Below, one piece after another: positions 9,145 through 19,718 of a stretch of DNA of 64,000 bases. The notes beneath the pieces are model-generated. The model made no database searches. It was not told the DNA's origin and saw only the letters and a list, made by a program, of their open reading frames with translations. The stretch's first letter is position 1. Each line of letters starts with the position of its first letter. The position numbers and the translations under genes were made by a program. The stretch lies in assembly GCA_019057865.1 (NCBI GenBank), contig JAHLWP010000010.1, positions 1 to 64,000 on the forward strand. Direction: 5' to 3'. This DNA comes from Promethearchaeota archaeon. GTDB lineage: Archaea > Asgardarchaeota > Lokiarchaeia > Sigyniarchaeales > SOKP01.

Positions 9145-10323
9145 TTATTTTCTCCTATTAACAAAACCACCTGATTTCATTAAATCACATGGTTTAAGAT
9201 ATGCAATTCCACTTTTTTCCACAAAATCTTCTAATAATTTAGTCCATTTCTGATAGTTATTTTTTCCTGGACTAAAAGGTCCTGGCATATCCATACCTGC
9301 AAGCATTGTTTCATCAATAATTCTATAGTTAGATACAATCCCTTCTTCTAAAAGGCGACAGCCTTCGTTTAATTGGATTGCCATAAATAATTCTATATTG
9401 AAAATATTAGCTTTTTTCTCCAAATTGATAATTGGTTTTCCTTCTTTCCATTCAAATAATCCTTTCCCAGTTTTTTTTCCTAAATTACCTTCATTAACGA
9501 GTTTTATAAGTGTTTTTCCTGGCTTAAATTCAGGAGAGAGAACTTGGGAAAAATATAGTAGAGTATTATAAACAGTATCTAGACCGAAATAATCCCATTT
9601 AGCATATGGTCCTAGACCTTTTACATCTATCGCATCAGCCTCGATTTGTTCCAATGGAATACTCTTTTCCAAAGAATACTCTAATAACCAATTTAAGTAA
9701 AGACTAGTTGATATGGTTAAACGATTTACTATGAATCCTGGACTTTCTCTTTCAATCACAGGAATAAATCTTTTTCCTTTTAAAGCTGGAAATTTATAAC
9801 CTACTTCTAATGCAATGTTTACAGTATTATCAGAAGTCTCCTTTCCTTTTATTAATTCGATTAAACGTAATACAGGGATGGGTGTGAAGAAATGCATTCC
9901 AAGTACTTTATCTGGTCTATTTGAACGCTCGGCAATTTTAGTAATACTCATTGTTGAAGTATTTGTTGCAAGAATCGCATGTTCTGGAGAATATTTTCCT
10001 AATTTATTGAAGATTTCTTGCTTGAGTTCCATAATTTCTGGTACAGATTCAATTATAAAATCTGCATTCTCAACAGTCTTTTCTATATCCCTTACTAAAA
10101 TAAGGTTTTTCATCAATAAATCTGGCGTGGCGTCGTCATCCATCAGATTTTTTGATTTCATTTTTATTAAGCCGTTTTCGATAAATATTTTTGCTTTATT
10201 AATTGTTTCCATCGTTCTACTATATAAAAAGACCTTCTCATAACCTGCCATAAGTGCAACTTGAGCAATTTCTCTACCCATAACTCCAGCTCCTATGACA
10301 GCAATCTTATTAATATCATTCAT
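9145..10323 (-). CDS. 3-hydroxyacyl-CoA dehydrogenase
   Basis: GAGVMG, IESVPE, NTST, GMHFF, PGFIVNR, GKKTGKG; probable ATG at 10323. Confidence 0.92.
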   Translation of the reverse strand: MNDINKIAVIGAGVMGREIAQVALMAGYEKVFLYSRTMETINKAKIFIENGLIKMKSKNLMDDDATPDLLMKNLILVRDIEKTVENADFIIESVPEIMELKQEIFNKLGKYSPEHAILATNTSTMSITKIAERSNRPDKVLGMHFFTPIPVLRLIELIKGKETSDNTVNIALEVGYKFPALKGKRFIPVIERESPGFIVNRLTISTSLYLNWLLEYSLEKSIPLEQIEADAIDVKGLGPYAKWDYFGLDTVYNTLLYFSQVLSPEFKPGKTLIKLVNEGNLGKKTGKGLFEWKEGKPIINLEKKANIFNIELFMAIQLNEGCRLLEEGIVSNYRIIDETMLAGMDMPGPFSPGKNNYQKWTKLLEDFVEKSGIAYLKPCDLMKSGGFVNRRK

Positions 10324-10407
10324 GATTTTTTGTTTAAGTTTAAAGATCAATTGTATTAAAATAAAAAATAAATTATTACTCTTCTTGCAAAAGAGTTAAT
10401 ATTCATA

Positions 10408-11388
10408 TTAAAATATAGTTGATAAAATATACCAAGATAATAACATAGTACCAATTCCAAGAAAGATTGAAATTGGTAGTCCAGGTAAAATTTTATTTCG
10501 CGATAATCCTGAAATTGTGATACCTGTCCCAATTATTATTGCAATCGCAGTAAAAAGCATAACAACTATATTATTTGTCTGTACAAGTGCACTAGATGTA
10601 AGCATACTATAGAAGGCTAAATCACCTATTCCAATTTCTAATTTAGAAGTATCATAGATAAGTTCCCCACTTTTAATTTTCTCTCTCTGTTCTTCTTCAA
10701 GTAAATTTTCTGGATCATCAGAATTAGAAACAATATCGATCATCTGTTTAATTGGTCCCTTTTTAGACAACACAGCATATAGATCCCAACAAGAAATACC
10801 AATTAAAATGGCCAAAGTAGTCCAAAGTGGCATAAATACTCCCATTGAAGCGCCTATTAATAAACCAATATATAAAACTATAAAATTTTTTATATAAATT
10901 GAGACAGAAGTAAAATATTTATAAAGCATAATTATAGTTAAGACAGCTGACAAAAAGATTAGCTCATAATAAAAAAGATAAAATAATATAGGAGATTTAT
11001 AGAAAATTAGAAATATTATAATCTGTCCAAAAAACCAAGTTTGAAAAAATCCAATTAAACCAAAGCTTATCCCAAATATAAATCTTAAAATATCAATTCC
11101 TTTTCGTTTTACAAAATAAATTATTACAAATCCAGATACTGCTGCTAAAGCTGTATATATTAGACCATTTAATAGACCACCTAGAGCTCCCAATTCACTT
11201 TCAGAAAAATAACCACCTTCTATCTGAACACCCGCTTCAATATATGTTAAATAGGCTAATAATCCAGCTACAAGCACTACAATAATTATTGGGAGTGAAT
11301 ATAGTTTTCTTTTGATTCTATATGTTGGAAAAAAGTGCGGAATAAAATCTTTTTCAACAATATCTTTTTCTGAAGCTTTATCTTCCAT
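10408..11388 (-). CDS. Presenilin-like GxGD intramembrane aspartyl protease (family A22)
   Basis: WDLYAV (YD-equivalent), GIGD, LPGLP (PAL-like); multiple transmembrane segments. Confidence 0.9.
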   Translation of the reverse strand: MEDKASEKDIVEKDFIPHFFPTYRIKRKLYSLPIIIVVLVAGLLAYLTYIEAGVQIEGGYFSESELGALGGLLNGLIYTALAAVSGFVIIYFVKRKGIDILRFIFGISFGLIGFFQTWFFGQIIIFLIFYKSPILFYLFYYELIFLSAVLTIIMLYKYFTSVSIYIKNFIVLYIGLLIGASMGVFMPLWTTLAILIGISCWDLYAVLSKKGPIKQMIDIVSNSDDPENLLEEEQREKIKSGELIYDTSKLEIGIGDLAFYSMLTSSALVQTNNIVVMLFTAIAIIIGTGITISGLSRNKILPGLPISIFLGIGTMLLSWYILSTIF

Positions 11389-11661
11389 TATAGTTGTAAC
11401 TCTCTCTTCATTTATTTTTAAATTCTCGGAGTTTTCTGATTTCTCTGAAATGACTTAAGCAAAATTTTTATATTTTAATTTTTAATATCTTTAATAATTT
11501 AAATACATATAGATAATAAATTAAATTCTTGTATGCCTATTTTTCTTCTGACTAAAAGAAACGTAGAAAGATAAAATTAAAACATTTCTTTAAAGGTTTT
11601 TATCTCTTTAAATTATTAAAAGAAATTATTTAATTGGATTATTCTTTATTTAACTCTAATA

Positions 11662-12432
11662 ATGGTAAAATTTCAAAAATACGAAGAAAAATTATCTAAA
11701 TATTTTCAGAGATTATCTGAAATAAAATTTAAAGACAAATTAAAAAGATTAGTTTTTCGAATAGGTATTTATCATCAAGAAGAGTTTGAATTAATTGCAG
11801 AATCACCAAAGCAAATAATTTTTCCATGTCATTTAGGAGTGTTATTTTGCGGAGATTTTAAGGATACGTTATTTGACACAATTAAAATGAATCTAAATCT
11901 GATATTTGATTCTTTCTTTTATGATTTTAGAAATTTAGGTGATTATACCTTTTCTAAAAAAATTTTCAATAAAGGTGTAAAAAATAAATTTAAAATGACA
12001 GAAAATAATGAAAGAATAGGACTTCATCCAACAAATAAATTTTATCAAATTTTAATAGATAAAAAAAAAGGAGAGAACATTGATATGATACTTGCCATTA
12101 CAAACCTTCCTGTATATTCAAGTAGTGAAGATAATATTTTCTTCTTGTTTGGAGAAACTCACTTAAGACATCAATGTTCCATAGTGTCAACACTAAGTTT
12201 AAAAGAGAATTTTTATAATAGGCAAAATAATCAAGATTTATTTAATGAAAGAGTGATTAAAGAAACCATACATGAAATTGGACACCTTGTATTAGGTCCT
12301 GAACATTGTGACAACAATTTATGTGTAATGCGCTTTTCTGTTAATATTGAGGATATTGATAAAAAATCAGTTTATTTATGTGAAAAATGTAAGCAAAAAT
12401 TAGAAAAAAAACGTATTAATTTTAATTTCTAA
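11662..12432 (+). CDS. Archaemetzincin-family Zn metalloprotease
   Basis: HEIGHLVLGPEHC...CVM...LCEKC. Confidence 0.9.
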   Translation: MVKFQKYEEKLSKYFQRLSEIKFKDKLKRLVFRIGIYHQEEFELIAESPKQIIFPCHLGVLFCGDFKDTLFDTIKMNLNLIFDSFFYDFRNLGDYTFSKKIFNKGVKNKFKMTENNERIGLHPTNKFYQILIDKKKGENIDMILAITNLPVYSSSEDNIFFLFGETHLRHQCSIVSTLSLKENFYNRQNNQDLFNERVIKETIHEIGHLVLGPEHCDNNLCVMRFSVNIEDIDKKSVYLCEKCKQKLEKKRINFNF

Positions 12433-12448
12433 AAATTTTTGAAACAAG

Positions 12449-13699
12449 TTAGAACCGAACAATTGGTAATTCTTTAACAAACTCCTTGACTAATTTAACT
12501 CTATGGCTTCTATCTTTTCTGTAATACCTCAATGGATACAGTTCTTCTATTATAAACTCATAAAGCTTTATCCAAGTTTTAGCTACATTACTAATTCTAT
12601 AACTTTCAGCAGCTCTCTTAGCATTTTCACCAAACTCAGCTCTAAGATCATCATCTTTCAATAATTTCACTACTTTTTCTTTGAAATCTTCTAAATTATT
12701 GGCAAGATAACCTGTTTTTCCATGTCTAATTACATTTGAAATTCCACATGCATTAGCTCCTACACTTGGAGTTCCTTGAGCCATTGCTTCAATTAACACT
12801 AATCCTTCTGCCTCAACCCAAGACCATAGACAAGATAGATCTACAGTATTATAAAGTTTTAATAGATCATTAAATGGAACTCTGCCAGCATATGAAACAA
12901 ATTCCCTGTAATTCTTTTTTCTTATTAATTTTCTCACATGATCACTTGAGGGACCATCACTTCCTACTAAGAGTAAATGAGAATCTGGTACTTCTCTGTG
13001 AATCTTTTTAAATGTTTTAATAATACTTATTTGATGTTTTTCAGGAGATAATCTAGAAGCATATAACAGCACTTTTTTATCTCCTAGATTGTATTGATCG
13101 CGAATACCATTTTCCCTTAACTCATTAAAATAAATATCATTTATTCCATTGGTTAAACAAACGATTGGTTCTTTAAATCTTTGTTTTATGAGTAGATCTT
13201 TTTTAGATTTTGTTGGAACAGCTACTAAATCGTATTTATCCAATACATGTCTTTCATATCGCCACACCCAGTCCATTTTTGAAAGAAGTTTTCCTACTAC
13301 AGGGATATATTGTGATGTGTAAAATGATAATGGAGAATTATGTGTCCCCACCATTGGTATACCAAGATATTTAGCCCAATTAATTGCCATACTTCCAAAT
13401 GTGGCATGTGTATGGATGTGAGCAATATCTAAATAGTCTTTATTGCAGAAAAAATACTTATGTATTGGAAAACTTAGTACAAATCCTGTTTTAGGACTAA
13501 TTTTAGCTCCAAAAAAGTTATGAAGGCGAAGATTTTTCGGTCCGTTTTTAGGCTTTTGAATTCCCGGTGCGAAAACATGTATATTATGATGAGTGTGCTT
13601 TGCCATTGCTTCAGCTAGATTTCGTACTGAAATTGCCGTTCCGTTAATTTGACTATACATACTCGTGAAAAAACCGATATCCAGTTTATCCTTTGCCAT
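12449..13699 (-). CDS. GT4 family glycosyltransferase
   Basis: QINGTAIS, HIHT, RLSPEK, EAEGLVLIEAMAQG. Confidence 0.92.
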   Translation of the reverse strand: MAKDKLDIGFFTSMYSQINGTAISVRNLAEAMAKHTHHNIHVFAPGIQKPKNGPKNLRLHNFFGAKISPKTGFVLSFPIHKYFFCNKDYLDIAHIHTHATFGSMAINWAKYLGIPMVGTHNSPLSFYTSQYIPVVGKLLSKMDWVWRYERHVLDKYDLVAVPTKSKKDLLIKQRFKEPIVCLTNGINDIYFNELRENGIRDQYNLGDKKVLLYASRLSPEKHQISIIKTFKKIHREVPDSHLLLVGSDGPSSDHVRKLIRKKNYREFVSYAGRVPFNDLLKLYNTVDLSCLWSWVEAEGLVLIEAMAQGTPSVGANACGISNVIRHGKTGYLANNLEDFKEKVVKLLKDDDLRAEFGENAKRAAESYRISNVAKTWIKLYEFIIEELYPLRYYRKDRSHRVKLVKEFVKELPIVRF

Positions 13700-14062
13700 A
13701 TAATTGCCTCGGGAGTTAAAAGTAGTTTAAAGACGCTATTGAAATATTTGATCGATCAAAAATTGTAAACCAATTTCTGGTAATATTTAATCAAAAGATT
13801 ATCTAATTATTAAATCATTTCTTTTATTAAAAAATGGACGAATTTTTAATAAGACAAAAACGGAAAAAACTTAAAAGCAAAAGCGATTATTTATTTATTC
13901 CCTTCTCATTTTTGACAATTCTAAATTTAGATTATTTAATGACCATCAAGTTTATAAATTTAAATCTTTAGTAAAACAAAGATTTATTGATTTATGATTT
14001 TTATTCATTATTGATAAACTAAAACCATAACATTTTTTTGTATTGTGAAATGAAACAAAATT

Positions 14063-14242
14063 ATGGACCCGGAAGAAGAAAAAAGGATTATTGATGATAT
14101 CTTAAAAAAGCGGAGATTATCTTATTCTATAGAGATTTTAGATGTTCAAGGTGCTAAATATACTGTACGTAATAATTTTGGTTCTACAATTGTGTATATA
14201 AAAAAGGGAGGTAATTATTTTGTTGAACAAGATAAGGAATAA
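14063..14242 (+). CDS. Small hypothetical protein, 59 aa (MDPEEEKRIIDDILKKRRLSYSIEILDVQG...)
   Basis: Manual translation, ATG to TAA, protein-like composition. Confidence 0.7.
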   Translation: MDPEEEKRIIDDILKKRRLSYSIEILDVQGAKYTVRNNFGSTIVYIKKGGNYFVEQDKE

Positions 14243-14473
14243 GAAAATTTTGAATATTATTTAATTTCAACTTAAAATTTAAAGAGAAATGTTATTTTTT
14301 TTTTTAGATAAGAATTTAAGATTGGGTTTTTTTATTTAAAATAACTTACATAAAATTTTTTAATATCGATAAGTTGATTAAGAATTCGACGTAGAAAGAC
14401 TCGTTCGGACAGTACGGAAAGTAAATACATTGAAAAATTTCGAGCGGTAATTGATGATCATACATCTATTTCA

Positions 14474-15517
14474 ATGTACAATAAAAAAAACCGATCTGTT
14501 TGTGCTATTCGTAAGGACTTAGCAAAATCTTATGAAATTGAAGTTGATGCTTCAGAAGCTCCTATTTTAAATAAAATGTTAAATGATCCTGAACCTTATG
14601 AGAGTTCTATGGCAGATCTAAAAATTTTGGAGAACGAAGTATTTCCAATTAACAAAGCTTTTGAAAAAGTTTTTGGAACTGATAAAGAACTAAAATTAAA
14701 TTCAATTAAATTAGCTATCGGAAGCAACAATAATGATTATGTTACGGTTGCAGAAAGTGATTTAATAAAATTTGATGTTAAACCTACCTTAAGTGGATTG
14801 CGAGATTTTATTAGGGAAAATAGTGAAAGTATACTAGGTTTTTTGGACAGTGAATATATTAGTGAAGAGGGAAATGTAATATATTTGAATTGTGGAAAAA
14901 AGAATATAACAGACAATATTTATTCATTTAAACTCCTCATCCTTGCCTCTATGCAACAAAGAGGATTTTTTCTTCAACAGGAACATAAATATTATGGACT
15001 TCAACTTTATATTATTGTAGAATCTAAAAAAGCTAATGATGATAAATTACTTGAGCTATTAAAGGAAATGAATATTAATTGGGAATTAATATTTTTTAGA
15101 AGAAAGTTAGCTATTTACGATTGGACAGAAAAAGAATGTGAACAAAACTCTGAAAATTTGAAAAGCTTTTTACGTGCCAAGTTTGAAACCCTAAATTATT
15201 TTGATATTAATAATATCATTCGAGTAGTAGCAAAAAATCAATTGCCTTTTAAAGTTGCTGAAAAAATGAGCTCATTGTTGTATAAAATGAAAAGTGAAAG
15301 AGTCTACCATCTACAAGATAGAAAATTTCAAGAAAATCATTTTCAAGAAGATCAAATTCAGCAAGATGAGTATTCAATAACACTTAAGAAAGCTGAAATT
15401 GCTGCTGCCGCAAAAATTGCATGTGCATATTTAGGGATTCAGAAAAATATTGTGTTTGATAGCGATATTTCAGTAACTGAAATTTTAAAATATCAAGAAG
15501 AATTAACCAATATTTAA
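14474..15517 (+). CDS. Hypothetical protein with C-terminal TFIIB/cyclin-like helical fold
   Basis: QLPFKVAEK...AEIAAAAKIACAYLG...ISVTEILKYQEEL; frame open upstream to 14378. Confidence 0.7.
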   Translation: MYNKKNRSVCAIRKDLAKSYEIEVDASEAPILNKMLNDPEPYESSMADLKILENEVFPINKAFEKVFGTDKELKLNSIKLAIGSNNNDYVTVAESDLIKFDVKPTLSGLRDFIRENSESILGFLDSEYISEEGNVIYLNCGKKNITDNIYSFKLLILASMQQRGFFLQQEHKYYGLQLYIIVESKKANDDKLLELLKEMNINWELIFFRRKLAIYDWTEKECEQNSENLKSFLRAKFETLNYFDINNIIRVVAKNQLPFKVAEKMSSLLYKMKSERVYHLQDRKFQENHFQEDQIQQDEYSITLKKAEIAAAAKIACAYLGIQKNIVFDSDISVTEILKYQEELTNI

Positions 15518-15588
15518 GTATAAATCTGTTAAAGAAAAATAAAAAAAATATTTATTTACACGTTTCTAATTATTAAGCTTATTTTTAA

Positions 15589-16584
15589 TTAAATAAATCC
15601 GTAGGATTGTTTTAATAATTCGTGGTTTATTTTTCCCACTGTTATCGATTTTCCTGTTTTGATATTATTTATTGTGTAAAGTGCTGGAGCAAATAATCCT
15701 GGATCTATTTTGTAGAAATCAAAGTTTGCTTCTTTAAAGATCTCATTAAATGGTTTTCCATAACTTGAGGATTGATTTGCAGGAGCTTTTTTAAGAAGAT
15801 CAAATAATTCTGATTCTTTCTCTTTATCTACTTCAATAGTATAGAATGTCATTCCAGCAGCAATATTGGAATCATTTGTAGCCCCCATAGCTGCAAAATC
15901 ATCTTTAGCTATAGGAGCAATTGCTGTAGTGCCAAATCCATCCTTTATAACTTCTAATGGAAAATGGATTTCATGTAATTTATGTATACCGGTTTCAACT
16001 ATTCTAGCTGCAACTTGAATTGATCCAGTTAGACAAGCGGTAGGGGCACATACAGCAAATGTTTTTTCTGCTTCTACCTTACATTTATTTGAGACAATTG
16101 CCATAACTTCCTCATTTGGCATTTTTCTTGTTTCAAAAAAGACAATAGCACAGTCTGATTCATCGATATAATTAATTTCTTCAAATAATTTTTCTGTTTT
16201 TGCTTTAGCTCGTGCTGGACCAGAACCTAGAGATTGAAAAACAACTTTTTTTTTCAATTCACCATTCTTTTCAACTTCCTTTTTTAATTTTACATTCCAA
16301 CCTGCTAATTGAGATGCCATACAAGAAATAATAGGAAATGAAGTATAAACATTTATAGCCGGAAGATAATGTCCATCTAAATTGTAACTAGTAAAATTTA
16401 CAGCCCCTAATCCTCCCATACAAACCTCTCCTACTAGCTTGCCTCCAATCCATGATGCGTTTGTCATATCTATGACTGTATGACCACTTTTTAGTTTTGT
16501 TACTTGTGCACCATATAACTCTTTATTTTTAATTATGTCATTGACTAACGTTAGGCTTAGCTCATTAATTTTTACATGATGCAA
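15589..16584 (-). CDS. mch: Methenyl-H4MPT cyclohydrolase
   Basis: EVCMGGL, SQLAGW, GSGPARA, APTACLTGSIQVAARIVE, FDFYKIDPGLFAPA. Confidence 0.95.
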   Translation of the reverse strand: MHHVKINELSLTLVNDIIKNKELYGAQVTKLKSGHTVIDMTNASWIGGKLVGEVCMGGLGAVNFTSYNLDGHYLPAINVYTSFPIISCMASQLAGWNVKLKKEVEKNGELKKKVVFQSLGSGPARAKAKTEKLFEEINYIDESDCAIVFFETRKMPNEEVMAIVSNKCKVEAEKTFAVCAPTACLTGSIQVAARIVETGIHKLHEIHFPLEVIKDGFGTTAIAPIAKDDFAAMGATNDSNIAAGMTFYTIEVDKEKESELFDLLKKAPANQSSSYGKPFNEIFKEANFDFYKIDPGLFAPALYTINNIKTGKSITVGKINHELLKQSYGFI

Positions 16585-16700
16585 TATTTTTCACTTCAAA
16601 AGTTTACTTTTTGAATTAATAATTGAGTATTTATTATTATTTTGATAATCTATTATATATTATTGATTTTAGAATTATGATTTGATTTAACTCAAGAAAA

Positions 16701-18227
16701 ATGAGTGATACTATTAAGAAATTAAATAAATTGGAGAAGGATTTAAATAAAACTAAACAGTATTTCTATGAACAAATAAAAGAATTAGAATCATCAATTC
16801 GTATTTATACTCATTTGGATGCTGATGGTTTAAGTTCAGGGGCAATTCTTGGCAAAACTTTTTATCGAGAAAGGATTCCGTATCAAATTATAGTTCTAAA
16901 ACAGTTAGAAAGAGAAGAAATTAGTAAAATCTCTGATCAGGTCAATAATTATAATAATTTACTAATATTCTCGGATTTTGGGAGTGGTCAATATTTGGAA
17001 CTTCAAAAACAATTATTCCATAAAAAAGAGTTCCATAACTTAATAATATTAGATCACCACCTCCCTCAAAAAATTTCTGATAAAAATGAAATTGATATGC
17101 TTGGAGAACTCCATGAAGAAACTAGTCCTTGGCATATAAATCCTTATTTTTATGGGATTGACGGAAGTTATGAGATTTCTGGCGCAGGAATTTGTTATTA
17201 TTTCTCAAAGTGCTTAAATGAGAAAAATATCGACCTCTCACCTATTGCATTAATAGGTGCTAATGGAGATATTCAAAATCAGGGCCCTAATAAATCATTT
17301 ATAGGAATCAATTCTTTAATTTTAGAAGATGCTAAGAGTGTTAATTTAATTGAAGTTGTAAATGATTTAAACTTTTCAGCGATAAAACCTTTGAATGAAG
17401 CATTAGCATTTTCTAAGGATATAAATTTACCAGGACTAATTAATGATGCTAATAGATCTTTAAAACTTTTACAAACTTCAGGAATTTTAATGGAAAATTC
17501 TGAAGGAAAAATCAAAACTTTAAATGATTTAAACCAAGAAGAAAAACAAAAGATATCATCAACAATAATTGAATATGCTTCGGTTAAATTCAATATAGAA
17601 CCAAGTCAAATCATAAAAAAACTAATAATTAATAGATACTTATTAATAAAGGAAAAAGTTGGTTCTGAGCTTCATGATATAGCTGAATTTTCTAATCTAT
17701 TAAATGCATGTGGACGTACAAATAGTGCCTCGTTAGGAATAGCAATAGCAATGGGAGATAGAAAAATTGCGTATGAAAAATCTCATGATAATTTAATAGA
17801 ATATAAAAAATTATTGGGAAAAAGCTTATCATGGCTTTTCGAGCAAAATAAAATTCAAGAAAAAGAATATATTCAGTATTATTTTGGAGAAGACGTAATT
17901 CCAGAGAGTGTAATAGGAACAATAACCTCAATGTTAATCTTTGAAAAAAGTAATAGAGTAGATAAAACTAAACCTATCTTTGGGGTAGCTAAAAGAGAAG
18001 ATGAGGAGGTGTATAAAATTTCTGGAAGGGCACATAAAAAAATTGTAAAAAAAGGAGTGAACCTTTCACAAGCTATTAGAGACGCGTGCAAACTTTCAAA
18101 TATACATGTACTAGGAGGAGGACATCCACCTGCAGCCGGAACAAAAGTACCTGTCAATAAAATAGAAGTTTTTCTTGAAAATTGTAATATGATAATTAAG
18201 AAACAATTACAAGTAAGGGCTAATTAA
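16701..18227 (+). CDS. recJ: DHH-family RecJ/GAN-like nuclease (Cdc45 homologue)
   Basis: HLDADG, DFGSG, LDHH, C-terminal GGGHPPAAG (DHHA1). Confidence 0.9.
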   Translation: MSDTIKKLNKLEKDLNKTKQYFYEQIKELESSIRIYTHLDADGLSSGAILGKTFYRERIPYQIIVLKQLEREEISKISDQVNNYNNLLIFSDFGSGQYLELQKQLFHKKEFHNLIILDHHLPQKISDKNEIDMLGELHEETSPWHINPYFYGIDGSYEISGAGICYYFSKCLNEKNIDLSPIALIGANGDIQNQGPNKSFIGINSLILEDAKSVNLIEVVNDLNFSAIKPLNEALAFSKDINLPGLINDANRSLKLLQTSGILMENSEGKIKTLNDLNQEEKQKISSTIIEYASVKFNIEPSQIIKKLIINRYLLIKEKVGSELHDIAEFSNLLNACGRTNSASLGIAIAMGDRKIAYEKSHDNLIEYKKLLGKSLSWLFEQNKIQEKEYIQYYFGEDVIPESVIGTITSMLIFEKSNRVDKTKPIFGVAKREDEEVYKISGRAHKKIVKKGVNLSQAIRDACKLSNIHVLGGGHPPAAGTKVPVNKIEVFLENCNMIIKKQLQVRAN

Positions 18228-18246
18228 TTTAGCAAGTTAAATATAG

Positions 18247-19551
18247 TTAAACTTTATAAACTTCCCCTATCTCTGGAGCAACTGAGTTATACCCTTTTTT
18301 TGCTAACTCACTTGCAAAACTTGTAGTTGATCTATTATCACCATGAACACAGAAAATATCATTTGAGTTATCATAAAAATTTAAATTGTCTATATAATCA
18401 TAAAGATGCAGATTATCAGCATGACTTGAAAAATCAAAATAATCACATTCACATTTAGCTCTTATTTTTATATTATCAATTGTATGTTTCTTGAGTCCTC
18501 GTTCGCTAAATTCAAAAATACCATTTTCTAAAAGTCCTCTTCCAGGAGATCCTTCTACTTGATATCCAACTAAATAAACAGCAGAGGATGGATCTGTTAA
18601 TATTGTTTGAATATACTCAATTGCCGCACCTCCTTTAAGCATACCTGAAGGAGTAATTATGACTCCATTTGAATTTTTTGCGATATTTCGACCCTTCCTT
18701 CTCATAACAAATTTGGCTTTTTCTAAAGCATTTTTAAAGATTCCTTGACTCCTAATAGACTCTGGGTAATCTAGATATACCCTAGACACTTTTCTTGCTA
18801 AACCATCTATAAAAATCTTACCTGAATAATTGTATTTATCTAAAATTAAAAGAGCTTCTTGGGAACGAGCCACTCCAAAAGCAGGAATTAAAACACTACC
18901 TCCATTTTCAGTAATATCAGTTGTTTTCTCTACAAAATTTTTCTCGAGTTGATCCCTATCAGGATGCTCTTTAAGTGAATAAGTTGATTCAATAATTAAT
19001 GCATCTAATTTAGGAATATCTAAAGAATTCGCGGGGTTAATTAAGTTCGTTAGTTGAGTATTAATATCTCCTGAATAGAGAATTTTTTTGTTATCTACTT
19101 CTATAAGAATAGAAACACTTCCAGGTATATGTCCTGCATTAATAAACGTTATGAAAAAATTATCTTTAATTTTATGGCGAACTTTATTTTTAAGAAAATT
19201 TGCATTCTGTTTTACTTTTTCCAATTCCCTAAAACCAAATGGATATGGAAAATCAGATATTTTTATCATATCTCTAATAAGAACTTCTACTATTGCTAGT
19301 GATACTGGATTAGTAAAGAATGGCCCTTCATAGGCTTTATATAAGAATGGTAAAGCTCCAGAATGGTCAATATGACTATGTGTTAATGCAACTGCTTTTA
19401 GATTGCTTAAATTAGTATCATAAGGTAGTCTGTTTTCATTCTTAAATCTAATACCATAGTCTAAGATACATTTAGCTCCGCTCTTAGATTCTATTAAAAT
19501 AGCTGAGCGACCAACTTCCCTACATCCCCCTAGAAAAGAAATAGAAACCAT
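18247..19551 (-). CDS. Beta-CASP metallo-beta-lactamase ribonuclease (aCPSF2-like)
   Basis: GGCREVGRS, THSHIDH, AGHIPG, ESTY, FSSHAD, VHGD. Confidence 0.92.
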   Translation of the reverse strand: MVSISFLGGCREVGRSAILIESKSGAKCILDYGIRFKNENRLPYDTNLSNLKAVALTHSHIDHSGALPFLYKAYEGPFFTNPVSLAIVEVLIRDMIKISDFPYPFGFRELEKVKQNANFLKNKVRHKIKDNFFITFINAGHIPGSVSILIEVDNKKILYSGDINTQLTNLINPANSLDIPKLDALIIESTYSLKEHPDRDQLEKNFVEKTTDITENGGSVLIPAFGVARSQEALLILDKYNYSGKIFIDGLARKVSRVYLDYPESIRSQGIFKNALEKAKFVMRRKGRNIAKNSNGVIITPSGMLKGGAAIEYIQTILTDPSSAVYLVGYQVEGSPGRGLLENGIFEFSERGLKKHTIDNIKIRAKCECDYFDFSSHADNLHLYDYIDNLNFYDNSNDIFCVHGDNRSTTSFASELAKKGYNSVAPEIGEVYKV

Positions 19552-19718
19552 TTTCGAAATTCTCTAGACTATTTTATGCTTCAAAGCATTACTTATATAG
19601 TGTAAACAAATAAAAGATAATAATTTTATCAAAATTTAAAATAAAAAGAATAAAATAATTATCAAAATATCTTTTTTATTTTTTTTTGTTCCAAAAAATT
19701 TAATAAATAATTGATAAA

